A DNA stretch of 34,111 nucleotides from an uncultured Gammaproteobacteria bacterium (GCA_965372825.1 CBDVDU010000001.1:1-34111); one strand, 5' to 3'; counted from the first letter of the stretch, positions 18,827 through 28,296 are shown. Made by a program: numbers and translations. The notes: generated from the sequence alone by a model not told the origin.

Positions 18827-21754
18827 ATGCCAGCAAAAAAGCGCAGCTCATTCTCACTACACTTCACCATTAGCTCATTATTTATTAGCCTTACGTTAAT
18901 ATTTGGCGCTGCACTCAGCTGGCAACACTACAGCAAAACATCAGAACTTCTTATTGCCGGTGGCGATCTAGTTTTCGAACAAATCAATCGAGAGCTTACT
19001 CTCAATTTTGGCGGCTTACTTAAATCAGCCAATCAAAGCATTAGCCTATTAGCACTATCTCCGATTACTCAAGCAAACTCTTTAGATGAACGACTAAAAT
19101 CACTGCCTTTATTCAGCACGGCATTACACAATGAAGATAAATTATCGGCTATTCAAATTGCTTACCCAAATGGCGATTACTTTATTCTGCGCCCGATTAA
19201 TTCTGAACTTCTGCGCCAGACCTTTAATACACCTCAAGACGCGGCTTTTGTGGTGGATAATATCAGTACCAATGCACACGGCCAGCGCAACTTAGTCAGA
19301 ATTTTCTATACTAGCCAGTTGTTAGAGCTGAGCCGAGACCCAGCTACTGAAACAAGCTATGATCCACGTATTCGACCGTGGTATACACAAGCACTAGAAG
19401 AGCCTGTTGCCAGCTCTACTGCCCCGTATTTATTTTATTTTATTCGCCAAGTCGGTACAACGCTAACACTGCAAGCACCAACTAAAGGTGTTGTTATTGC
19501 TGTAGATGTAACACTGGGTCAGCTATCTAACATCCTTAGACAAAATACAGCAACGCCCAATACCAAAATCGTTGTTTTCGAGAAAAATGGTGATGCACTG
19601 GTTTATGGCGATATTAATCGCCTTATTATTGAAACGACAGAGAACAACTTTAAAATAGCTAAACTTGATGAGCTGGGCAGTGATGTACTTGCCTTTTTGA
19701 GTAAAGATTTGCAGCTTGTCTCACAACCGCTTAATTTTATGTTCAATCAGCAAAAGTGGCTCGGAGCGATACGCGAGATGCACATACCAGAAGGGCTTAA
19801 CCTTTTTGTCTTAATGGTTTCCCCAGAAGATGAATTATTAAGTACAGCGATCAAAATCCGCGACCAATCAATACTTCTAGCAGCCATTATTATCTTAATC
19901 GCCATCCCTATTATTTGGCTATTTGCTCGACAAATATCCAAGCCTATTCGCTATTTAGCGGGCGAAGCCGGACTCATTAGCCGCTTTGATTTCAGTAGCC
20001 CCATTACAACTCGCTCCGCTATTACTGAAGTAGAAGAGCTTGCTGTCGCGATGACAATGATGAAAAGCACCATCAGCCAATTTCTCTCGCTTATTCACTC
20101 ACTTGCCGGCGAACAAAATTTAGACGATCTATTGCAGAGTACAACGCAACAAACTACCCAAATTAGCCAAGCCGACGCCGCTTTAACTTATCTTTATGAC
20201 GATCAGAAACACTGCTTAAAACCCAGTTTTATGCACATGGGCACACTGGATGTTAAAAATCTTAATGACCTTCCAGAAATTCCTTTCAGCGAAGACAATG
20301 AGCTGGCACAAGCCTTAAAGAAAAAAGAAAGCAGCCAAATAGAGCTGTCAGCAGACCAGCCCAATCCATTAAACCCTTTACTCGATAAACTAGAGACTGA
20401 TGCCGTTAAAATCATAGCTCTACCACTACGTAATAGAGACGAAGAAACCATTGGCTTATTGTGTCTACTTTACAAAAAGCAAAGCAATAATCAGAACAAT
20501 GAAGAGCATTTAGCTTTCGTACAGCAACTCTCAGACTTTGCCGCAGTTTCTTTAGAAAGTCGGCAATTGCTGATGATGCAAAAAGCCTTACTCGCTTCAT
20601 TTATTAAGCTAATTGCCGGTGCCATTGACTCTAAATCACCTTATACCGGTGGTCACTGCGCTAGAGTGCCTGAAATCGCCAAATTAATTGCTCAAGCTGC
20701 CTGCAATAGCACAACAGGGCCTTATAAAGAATTTGAGCTTGATCAAGATCAGTGGGAATCACTGCATATCGCAAGCTGGTTGCACGATTGTGGCAAAGTT
20801 ACCACACCGGAATATGTGGTCGATAAATCCACTAAACTGGAAACTATCTACGACCGGATTCATGAGATTAGAATGCGCGTTGAAGTACTAAAAAGAGATG
20901 CGGAAATTGACTATTGGCAGCAAATAGCTAAAGGAGCTGACCCTGATTCTCTGCGTATTAATTTAGAATCTAAGTTACAACAGTTAGATGATGATTTCGC
21001 CTTTATTGCTGAATGTAATGAAGGTGGAGAATTCATGGCTCCAGAAAAAATTCAACGCCTTACAGAGATTGCCGAATACACCTGGGTGAGAACTTTAGAT
21101 GACCGACTTGGCGTTTCTTGGGAAGAAAGCCGGCGCCAGCAAAAAACAGCCGCTAAAGCACTTCCAGTACAAGAAAAATTATTAGCTGACAAAGCCGAAC
21201 ATATTATTGAACGCGAAGCAGGCGATAAGATTCCACAGGACAACCCTTGGGGGTTTAAGCTTGATATGCCTGAGCACAAATATAATCGCGGCGAACTATA
21301 TAATTTAAGCATTGAAAAAGGCACGCTGACCGAAGAAGAGCGCTTCAAAATCAATGACCATATTGTACAAACGATTATCATGCTGGAAAATCTACCTTAC
21401 CCTAAGCATTTAGCGGATGTACCTCTAGTGGCTGGCAGCCATCATGAAAAAATGGATGGCACAGGCTATCCAAAACGCTTAACTGCCGCAGATATGCCAG
21501 TAACCGCGCGCATAATGGCGGTTGCTGATATTTTTGAGGCGTTAACCGCTTCTGACCGACCCTATAAAAAGGCCAAACCGCTCAGTGAAGCGATTCGCAT
21601 TATGAGTCATATGGCAAAAGATCAGCATATCGATCCTGAGTTATTTCACTTATTTCTAAGCAGCGGTTGTTACTTAGAATACGCGCAGAAGTTCCTTGAT
21701 CCTGAACAAATTGATAGCGTTGATATTAGTGAGTTTGATATGAGTCATTCGTAA
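18827..21754 (+). CDS. Membrane-anchored HD-GYP phosphodiesterase (TM-Cache-like-TM-HAMP-GAF-HD-GYP)
   Basis: YDPRIRPWY Cache motif between two TMs, HAMP-like segment, KSPYTGGHC, LHDCGK, HHEKMDGTGYP, ADIFEALT; AAGGAAG RBS before ATG 18827 (ORF extends to TTG 18755). Confidence 0.88.
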   Translation: MPAKKRSSFSLHFTISSLFISLTLIFGAALSWQHYSKTSELLIAGGDLVFEQINRELTLNFGGLLKSANQSISLLALSPITQANSLDERLKSLPLFSTALHNEDKLSAIQIAYPNGDYFILRPINSELLRQTFNTPQDAAFVVDNISTNAHGQRNLVRIFYTSQLLELSRDPATETSYDPRIRPWYTQALEEPVASSTAPYLFYFIRQVGTTLTLQAPTKGVVIAVDVTLGQLSNILRQNTATPNTKIVVFEKNGDALVYGDINRLIIETTENNFKIAKLDELGSDVLAFLSKDLQLVSQPLNFMFNQQKWLGAIREMHIPEGLNLFVLMVSPEDELLSTAIKIRDQSILLAAIIILIAIPIIWLFARQISKPIRYLAGEAGLISRFDFSSPITTRSAITEVEELAVAMTMMKSTISQFLSLIHSLAGEQNLDDLLQSTTQQTTQISQADAALTYLYDDQKHCLKPSFMHMGTLDVKNLNDLPEIPFSEDNELAQALKKKESSQIELSADQPNPLNPLLDKLETDAVKIIALPLRNRDEETIGLLCLLYKKQSNNQNNEEHLAFVQQLSDFAAVSLESRQLLMMQKALLASFIKLIAGAIDSKSPYTGGHCARVPEIAKLIAQAACNSTTGPYKEFELDQDQWESLHIASWLHDCGKVTTPEYVVDKSTKLETIYDRIHEIRMRVEVLKRDAEIDYWQQIAKGADPDSLRINLESKLQQLDDDFAFIAECNEGGEFMAPEKIQRLTEIAEYTWVRTLDDRLGVSWEESRRQQKTAAKALPVQEKLLADKAEHIIEREAGDKIPQDNPWGFKLDMPEHKYNRGELYNLSIEKGTLTEEERFKINDHIVQTIIMLENLPYPKHLADVPLVAGSHHEKMDGTGYPKRLTAADMPVTARIMAVADIFEALTASDRPYKKAKPLSEAIRIMSHMAKDQHIDPELFHLFLSSGCYLEYAQKFLDPEQIDSVDISEFDMSHS

Positions 21755-21761
21755 AATTAGC

Positions 21762-21869
21762 GTATGAAATCGCGGCTAAAAGTCCCTCCCACAAATATTT
21801 CTCATAATGAAAGAACCTAAAACCTGATCCAGATACTACTATTTATATTTTTATATCTACGTGTAACAT
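21762..21869. repeat. Family A REP plus ~75-bp AT-rich tail, second copy of 21-130
   Basis: TCGCGGCTAAAAGTCCCTCCCACAAATA...TCATAAT.AAAG...CTAAAA...TACTACTATT...GTAACAT aligns with 21-130. Confidence 0.8.
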
Positions 21870-21875
21870 CAAGGT

Positions 21876-23741
21876 CTAATCAGCACTCACTGGAAAGGCT
21901 AGGTGCTTATAAGTTCCTTTACGGATATTAAAAAAAGCTAATTCAGGCAAACTCATTAAGATGCCCATAGCGCCTTTTTTTAAGTTTTCCCCCGAATCAA
22001 ATGGCCAAGTAAAACTGCCATAAATTCCTATGCTGGTCGCGGTAATTAAATTGAGCGTACCGAATAGCGGCCGTGACCAGACTTGTTCATTAGTAAAAAG
22101 TAGAAAGGGTGCATCTAGCTCATTAAACTTATAGTCTTGAGCGCTCAGGGTGTTAAATTCCCGTAGGTAAACGCGCAGATTATTTTCTTCGGCATACATT
22201 TTCTCTAATTGTTGCTCTCGAAAAGAGGCCAGTATTTGCTGGCTGTGTTGCTCTGCTATATTTGCAAAGGATAAATAGGGGATAAAGGCCGTAGGGTCTT
22301 TATTTATACCGTTTAGTAAGTTAACTAACGGCTCTGCATCGACTTGAGCGTTTTGGATAGCAGCAAAAATTTCAGTGACGCAATTGTGCGTAAATAAATC
22401 ATAGGGGTAAAGCGCCTGCATCTGCTGAGTAAGATTTGCTTGGTAATTTATTAACCTAGCTTTTGCTGTTTCTACTTCTTGAGCGTTTAATTTTGGCAGT
22501 AGGTATATGGGCAAAGATGCTGATTTTGAGGGTAATCTTTGTTCACCGGAGGTTCTGATTTCTTGCCGCTTATTTAATCCACGTTCACGCTCATAGTAGT
22601 AATTACTCAATCGTTCAAAATGACTGTAGTCTTTTTCCGTAATTACTTGTTGGCTAAAGAGTTGATGTTTTATTTCAGTAATTGAGCTTAAAGCATCTTT
22701 CTGCTGGGCTTTAAAAGCGGCTTTATAGATTTCTACTTCGGCATAAGTAATACTCGGGCTGTTGTCTGCATAAGTATCTAAGAACACCCAGTGGCCGGAA
22801 TTAATCGAATAAGAAAGGCTGATAATTCGTGCATATAATATCAAGGCAGCATTGCCTGAATCAGGCCGTTTTGAGTTTAGTAGACTAAACAAGTTATCGA
22901 TTAAATTAGCCTGTAACTGCCTTATTTTTTCAACTTCTACACTGGACAGTGAGAACAGCTGATGTTCAGGGGAAAAGTAGCTGGATTTGTTTAACGGGCT
23001 GTTATTTTCTAGGATTTGTAGAAACAATAGCTGGCTAACGGTATCAATATATTGCTGAGCAAACGAATAAGGCACCGATATAAAGATGTTTTTTCTTAAG
23101 TGTAAAGTATTTTCAGGCCAGGGCTGCGGCTTAATTTTGACTAGCTTTTGTTTCAGGTGAATGTTTCTTTGCTTTAAAAATGTACTACCTAGTCTAGACT
23201 TTATCTGTGCATTAATTTCTTGGTTATTAATCAAATCTGTTTTTGCGGTATAAGCATTTTGGCTAAATAACCCCGCGCCACGAATAGTTAATAGTGAGTT
23301 AAAGTCTATCGTTTTTGGCTCTAATAAAGCAAGATTGAGTTGAATTTCTTTAAGCAGAGTATCTTGTTGTTTTTGCTGTAAAAAACGCAGATTAAAGTGA
23401 TCTCGTAACTGGGCATATTGTCTGGGCTCAAGCTCTATGTTGGTTTGATAAAGGGTTCTATTTTCTAAATATCGATATTGGAAGTCAAAACCTGAGCTAG
23501 CCTGCTTGACTAATCGAATGATGCCGCCCGGAAAGTGCTGAAAATGGTACGTTTCCTTGCCGAAACGGAGTGCCGTATGGCCACCACTAGCCGTGCCTTC
23601 GCTGGCATTAATATAAAGATAATTTACCGTTTGGGCATAAAGGTTTTGCGCGCAGATTAAGTTAAAAATTAAACATAAAAGAATTGAGTTAAAATTGGGC
23701 GGACTAAAGTCCGCCCAACAGCTGCCCTTACTGCTGATCAT
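21876..23741 (-). CDS. Secreted permuted papain-like (DUF4105/Lnb-like) His...Cys enzyme with a large insertion
   Basis: Signal-like segment ending LYA-Q, GGHTALRF (H55), Y.ENR...IEL...Q, YDLFTHNCVTEI (C454), hydrophobic C-terminal hairpin. Confidence 0.6.
   Translation of the reverse strand: MISSKGSCWADFSPPNFNSILLCLIFNLICAQNLYAQTVNYLYINASEGTASGGHTALRFGKETYHFQHFPGGIIRLVKQASSGFDFQYRYLENRTLYQTNIELEPRQYAQLRDHFNLRFLQQKQQDTLLKEIQLNLALLEPKTIDFNSLLTIRGAGLFSQNAYTAKTDLINNQEINAQIKSRLGSTFLKQRNIHLKQKLVKIKPQPWPENTLHLRKNIFISVPYSFAQQYIDTVSQLLFLQILENNSPLNKSSYFSPEHQLFSLSSVEVEKIRQLQANLIDNLFSLLNSKRPDSGNAALILYARIISLSYSINSGHWVFLDTYADNSPSITYAEVEIYKAAFKAQQKDALSSITEIKHQLFSQQVITEKDYSHFERLSNYYYERERGLNKRQEIRTSGEQRLPSKSASLPIYLLPKLNAQEVETAKARLINYQANLTQQMQALYPYDLFTHNCVTEIFAAIQNAQVDAEPLVNLLNGINKDPTAFIPYLSFANIAEQHSQQILASFREQQLEKMYAEENNLRVYLREFNTLSAQDYKFNELDAPFLLFTNEQVWSRPLFGTLNLITATSIGIYGSFTWPFDSGENLKKGAMGILMSLPELAFFNIRKGTYKHLAFPVSAD
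23697..23719 (-). repeat. Single REP, family B, inside the 5' end of a CDS
   Basis: GTTGGGCGGACTTTAGTCCGCCC, nearly identical to 3646-3667. Confidence 0.85.
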
Positions 23742-24165
23742 AACCTTTTTGAATGATTAGCATTCTGCTTTCCTTAGAGTCTGCTAAACTCTTTTTATAG
23801 GTTTCATAAACACTACCGGTTAATTTAGCTTTTTTCAATGCACGGCCAATACCGATTAAGGTATTTTCATCATCTTCCCAATTGCTAATGCCTGCTTCGG
23901 TAGCGATTTCAGAGATACCTTGAACATAAGCTGCACGTTCAAACCCTGCTGTTGAGAGGTAAGCCGTGGTGTAGTCCATGATTTGAATTTGATATTCTTT
24001 ATCTGCATCTTTAGATGACGATGAAGGACTACTGATAATTGAGCTAACAGAATCAGATATGCTCTTTGAACTATCCGAAAGACTGCCCGAGCTAGCCGAA
24101 AAAGAACAGCCTTGCGACAGGCCAGCCGCTACAAAGATAGGGAGTAGGTAAGATTTAATTTGCAT
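23728..24165 (-). CDS. Putative lipoprotein with Ser-rich N-terminal repeats
   Basis: Basic residue, hydrophobic core, LSQG-C20, then 19 Ser in the next 31 residues; AAGGG RBS. Confidence 0.75.
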   Translation of the reverse strand: MQIKSYLLPIFVAAGLSQGCSFSASSGSLSDSSKSISDSVSSIISSPSSSSKDADKEYQIQIMDYTTAYLSTAGFERAAYVQGISEIATEAGISNWEDDENTLIGIGRALKKAKLTGSVYETYKKSLADSKESRMLIIQKGYDQQ

Positions 24166-24305
24166 GATAAGCCCTTAGGTATGGTATTTTGTTCTGCAAT
24201 ATAACGAACTAAAATGATAATAATAGATACTTTATGCTCTCATGAATATAAAAATTAAGATTATTTTTATTGGGGTATGCACTTAAAACGGAGTGCTAAT
24301 AACTC

Positions 24306-24349
24306 GTAGGGCGGACTTCAGTCCGCCATTGCTATGAAGTCCACCCTTG
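24306..24349 (+). repeat. REP family B with a collapsed second arm
   Basis: GTAGGGCGGACTTCAGTCCGCC-ATTGCTA matches 3639-3667 (-) including the spacer; followed by remnant TGAAGTCCACCCTTG. Confidence 0.8.
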
Positions 24350-24491
24350 TAATAGAGTGAACGTCCCGTGTTAAATGCGTAGCTATTTTTTGCTAACAAA
24401 TCGAATGACCTGGTATTTAGCGAGTACGCTATTTCCAGCTTTTTAAGCTTACGCTAGAATGCGTAAGTCTATTTTTAAACTAGAGGTATAT

Positions 24492-25772
24492 ATGACTAAA
24501 TCCGCTATTTTATTTGCAGATGCCAAAACTGTTATTCCAGGAGGCGTGAATTCGCCAGTACGGTCTTTTAGTGGCGTAGGTGGAACGCCTGTTTATATTG
24601 ATCGAGCAAAGGGTGCGTATCTTTATGATACTGAAGATAAGCAATACATAGATTATGTGGGTTCATGGGGACCCATGATTGTGGGTCATGCCCATCCCGA
24701 TGTACTGCAAGTAGTAAATGAAACAGCGGCAAAAGGTTTAAGTTTCGGAGCTCCAACTGAGCTTGAAACTTTAATGGCGAAAAAAATATGTAAATTAGTC
24801 CCATCAATCGAACAAGTACGCATGGTTAGCTCGGGGACTGAGGCGACTATGAGTGCTATTCGCTTGGCACGAGGTCATACAAAGCGGGATAAAATAGTAA
24901 AATTTGAAGGCTGTTATCATGGTCATTCGGATTCATTACTGGTTAAAGCGGGGTCGGGCGCTTTAACCCTAGGTGTACCAAGCTCGCCTGGCGTGACTGC
25001 TGCGGTAGCGGAAGATACAATTACCTTGGCTTACAATGATAGCGATGCCGTTAAACAAGCCTTTGCTGACATTGGTGAGCAAGTTGCAGCAATTATTGTC
25101 GAGCCAGTAGCAGGCAATATGAACTGCGTTTTGCCAGCCCCAGGTTTTTTAGACACATTGCGAGCAGTGTGTGATCAATATGGCGCATTGTTAATTTTTG
25201 ATGAAGTAATGACTGGTTTTCGCGTAGATAAACATTGCGCGCAAGGGCTATATAATATTAAGCCAGATTTAACCACTTTAGGAAAGATTATTGGCGGTGG
25301 AATGCCGGTCGGTGCTTTTGGTGGTTCGCATGAAATTATGAGCTCTTTAGCTCCAGTAGGCCCTGTTTATCAAGCAGGGACTTTATCGGGAAATCCGGTA
25401 GCCATGGCGGCCGGTTATAAAACTTTAGAATTGTTATCAGCATCAAATTTTCATGAGCAATTAAGCGCTAAAACTCTCACTTTAGCAGAAGGTATTCAAG
25501 CTAAAGCAATTGCCGCAAATATTGGTATGTCGATCAATGTCGTAGGTGGTATGTTTGGCTTGTTTTTTACTCAAGAGGATCATATTAGTACTTTTGATCA
25601 GGTTATGCGTTGTAATCAAGAACTGTTTAAACAGTTTTTTCATGGCATGTTAAAAGAAGGCATATACCTTGCGCCGTCAGCCTTTGAAGCAGGCTTTGTT
25701 TCTGCTGCGCATAGTGATGCCGATATTGCCGCCACTATTAATGCGGCTGAGCGTGTATTAAATCAATTATAA
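24492..25772 (+). CDS. hemL: Glutamate-1-semialdehyde 2,1-aminomutase
   Basis: [55 protein letters not shown]; GAGGT RBS before ATG 24492. Confidence 0.96.
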   Translation: MTKSAILFADAKTVIPGGVNSPVRSFSGVGGTPVYIDRAKGAYLYDTEDKQYIDYVGSWGPMIVGHAHPDVLQVVNETAAKGLSFGAPTELETLMAKKICKLVPSIEQVRMVSSGTEATMSAIRLARGHTKRDKIVKFEGCYHGHSDSLLVKAGSGALTLGVPSSPGVTAAVAEDTITLAYNDSDAVKQAFADIGEQVAAIIVEPVAGNMNCVLPAPGFLDTLRAVCDQYGALLIFDEVMTGFRVDKHCAQGLYNIKPDLTTLGKIIGGGMPVGAFGGSHEIMSSLAPVGPVYQAGTLSGNPVAMAAGYKTLELLSASNFHEQLSAKTLTLAEGIQAKAIAANIGMSINVVGGMFGLFFTQEDHISTFDQVMRCNQELFKQFFHGMLKEGIYLAPSAFEAGFVSAAHSDADIAATINAAERVLNQL

Positions 25773-25813
25773 ATAAAGTCCGAGGGTGGGGTTCATAACC
25801 CACCCTCCCTGCT

Positions 25814-27670
25814 ATGCCTACTTATTTACCTACAAAAAAAGACCTTTTTTCGCGTTTTTCTGCGACTGAAAGCGTTTTAATTCATCAAGCGATTTCACTC
25901 GTCGAAAATTTACCCAATGACGACACCAAACGCCCGCTAGGGCTTGATGTCGCATTAAATTTATTACCGCTCAATGTGGATTTGGAAACGATTTTGGCGG
26001 CCATTTTAAGTGACTGGCGTTTAAACGACTATCCTATAAAAACAGAGTTTGGCTCTACTGTCGCAAGTTTAGTGGCTAATGTTAAAGAGCTTAATGGACT
26101 CAATATCTATTCTGAAAGTATTGCAACTAAAGCGGCTCAAGTTGAAATATTAAGACGCATGCTATTGTCTACCGCTGATGATATTCGTGCGATTTTGATC
26201 AAGCTTGCCTATCGTTTGGCACGATTAAAAAAAATACCCCAAGAAAATGAAGACATGCGCCATTTTATTGCGCAAGAAACCCTAGATCTCTATTCGCCTA
26301 TTGCTAACCGCCTCGGGATTGGACAATTAAAATGGGCCTTAGAGGATTATGCATTTCGCTATTTAGAGCCTAGCCATTACCTTTCTGTCGCTAAAGCATT
26401 AGAAAACAAACGCATCAATAGAGAAGACTGTATTGCTGGGTTCATTACGCGATTGCAAGAAAAGCTAAACCTTGTCGGAATCAAAGCGGAAATCAAAGGC
26501 CGACCTAAGCATATCTATAGCATTTGGCAAAAAATGCAACGTAAACAGCTACCCATAGAAGAACTATATGATTTGTTAGCTGTACGTGTCATGGTTAATG
26601 AAACAGCTCAATGCTACGAGGTTTTAGGCCTAGTGCATCAGCATTGGACTAGCATTCCTAAAGAATTTGATGACTATATTGCTAATCCTAAAAATAATGG
26701 CTATCAATCCTTACATACAGTTATTTTGACCGAAGATGCGGATCGCATAGAGGTGCAAATACGTACTAAACACATGCATGATTTTGCTGAGTTAGGGGTC
26801 GCTGCGCACTGGCGTTATAAAGAAGGTAGTAATCAAGATATTGCGACTGAAAAAAGTATCGCAGCATTGCGTCAACTTTTAGAGGAAACAGAAAACGACA
26901 GCTTACTAAAAAATTTTCGTACCGAACTATTTTGTGATCGCGTTTATATATTAACACCAGCCGGAGAATTAATTGATTTGGTAAAGGGCGCAACGCCCTT
27001 GGATTTTGCTTACGCTATTCATACTGATATAGGGCATCGCTGTCGCGGCGCTAAAGTAAATGGCCGTATTGTTCCCTTAACCTATATTTTGCAGACGGGC
27101 GAACAAGTTGAAATTTTAACGAATCATGACATTGCGCCCAACCCCAATTGGATTGATCCAAATCTAGCCTATTTAAAATCCCCTAGCGCCATTCAAAAAG
27201 TAAGAGTATGGGTTAACCAGCAAAGTAAAGATAAACATAGCTTGATTGGCCAGCAAGCTTTAGATAAAGAAGTAAAACGACTAGGTTTAAACAAATCTTA
27301 CTTAAGCCGCTTATTGCAACGCTTCAAATTAAAGGGCGTGGATAAGTTATGCATTGCTTTAGAGCGTAAAGAGATTAGCGGTAAGCAATTAAGTCTGGCA
27401 CTGCAAGAACTTAAGAAACAGCCTAAAAAAGTAGCGGGTAAGAAAAAATCCTCGACTAAAGCGCATTCAGTGGAAATAACCGTTGCTGGATACGATAATA
27501 TTTTGACCCATTTTGCACACTGCTGTAACCCAAAACAAGATGATAATGTTATCGGCTTTGTCACTCATGGACACGGCATAGCGATTCACAAACTCGATTG
27601 CGCACATATTTGTGGGCTTAGCGAAGAGCAGAAAAGTCAGTTAGTTGCCGTTGCTTTAAAAGAATCGTAA
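25814..27670 (+). CDS. relA: RelA-type (p)ppGpp synthetase lacking the C-terminal ACT domain
   Basis: Degenerate hydrolase (AAILSD), GRPKHIYSI, EFDD, YQSLHT, EVQIRT, TGS (TPLDFAY..H), CC..H..C zinc finger, then stop. Confidence 0.8.
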   Translation: MPTYLPTKKDLFSRFSATESVLIHQAISLVENLPNDDTKRPLGLDVALNLLPLNVDLETILAAILSDWRLNDYPIKTEFGSTVASLVANVKELNGLNIYSESIATKAAQVEILRRMLLSTADDIRAILIKLAYRLARLKKIPQENEDMRHFIAQETLDLYSPIANRLGIGQLKWALEDYAFRYLEPSHYLSVAKALENKRINREDCIAGFITRLQEKLNLVGIKAEIKGRPKHIYSIWQKMQRKQLPIEELYDLLAVRVMVNETAQCYEVLGLVHQHWTSIPKEFDDYIANPKNNGYQSLHTVILTEDADRIEVQIRTKHMHDFAELGVAAHWRYKEGSNQDIATEKSIAALRQLLEETENDSLLKNFRTELFCDRVYILTPAGELIDLVKGATPLDFAYAIHTDIGHRCRGAKVNGRIVPLTYILQTGEQVEILTNHDIAPNPNWIDPNLAYLKSPSAIQKVRVWVNQQSKDKHSLIGQQALDKEVKRLGLNKSYLSRLLQRFKLKGVDKLCIALERKEISGKQLSLALQELKKQPKKVAGKKKSSTKAHSVEITVAGYDNILTHFAHCCNPKQDDNVIGFVTHGHGIAIHKLDCAHICGLSEEQKSQLVAVALKES

Positions 27671-27688
27671 AAGCTGTGATTGCTAGAC

Positions 27689-28213
27689 TTAGAAACAAGA
27701 AGCATAATCCAGCATAATATCCTGACAAGCGAAAAAAATCCGCGGGTAATCATCGCGGATCACCAGTTTCAACGCATACTCAAAAAACACCGTGAGAGTC
27801 ATAAAGCGTGCGCCAGCTGCACTGACTCGTAATTTTGTATTAGAGGAGTTACGCCACACGCAAAGCGTCCAAAAAATAGCAGGGGTTAACAAGATAAAAT
27901 GAACTTCATCCCAACTGGATACAGTGAAATTTCCCTGCATCGCGAGCATGTCAGTAAAGTATAAACTGATATTAAGTAAGATGAAAAACGGCCAGAAAAC
28001 GACCCATAGTTTTAGCGGGCCAATCCAGGAGTAGAGTAAGTAGTTATAAAATGAAAGACCCTTCAACTCTATACATTCCTGCCCTTGAGCTGGGGCTATA
28101 AAAGGCAGCGTTAAATAGATAACACTATAAATTAACAAAGCTATTAATAGTAAATCTAGCGGAGATCCTAGTTGTATATAAGCGAAAAAGATCGGTAATG
28201 AGTGGATAAACAT
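27689..28213 (-). CDS. Hypothetical membrane protein (about 4 TM, Trp-rich)
   Basis: 174-aa ORF with GGAG RBS, WIGPLKLWVVFWPFF and FWTLCVWRN segments. Confidence 0.65.
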   Translation of the reverse strand: MFIHSLPIFFAYIQLGSPLDLLLIALLIYSVIYLTLPFIAPAQGQECIELKGLSFYNYLLYSWIGPLKLWVVFWPFFILLNISLYFTDMLAMQGNFTVSSWDEVHFILLTPAIFWTLCVWRNSSNTKLRVSAAGARFMTLTVFFEYALKLVIRDDYPRIFFACQDIMLDYASCF

Positions 28214-28250
28214 GCTAACTGACTCCCTAAATTTATGGCTATAAGCGCAG

Positions 28251-28272
28251 GTAGGGCGGACTTCAGCCCGCC
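28251..28272 (+). repeat. Single REP, family B
   Basis: GTAGGGCGGACTTCAGCCCGCC. Confidence 0.8.
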
Positions 28273-28296
28273 TGTGTGCAAAGCCTATTTAACCGC

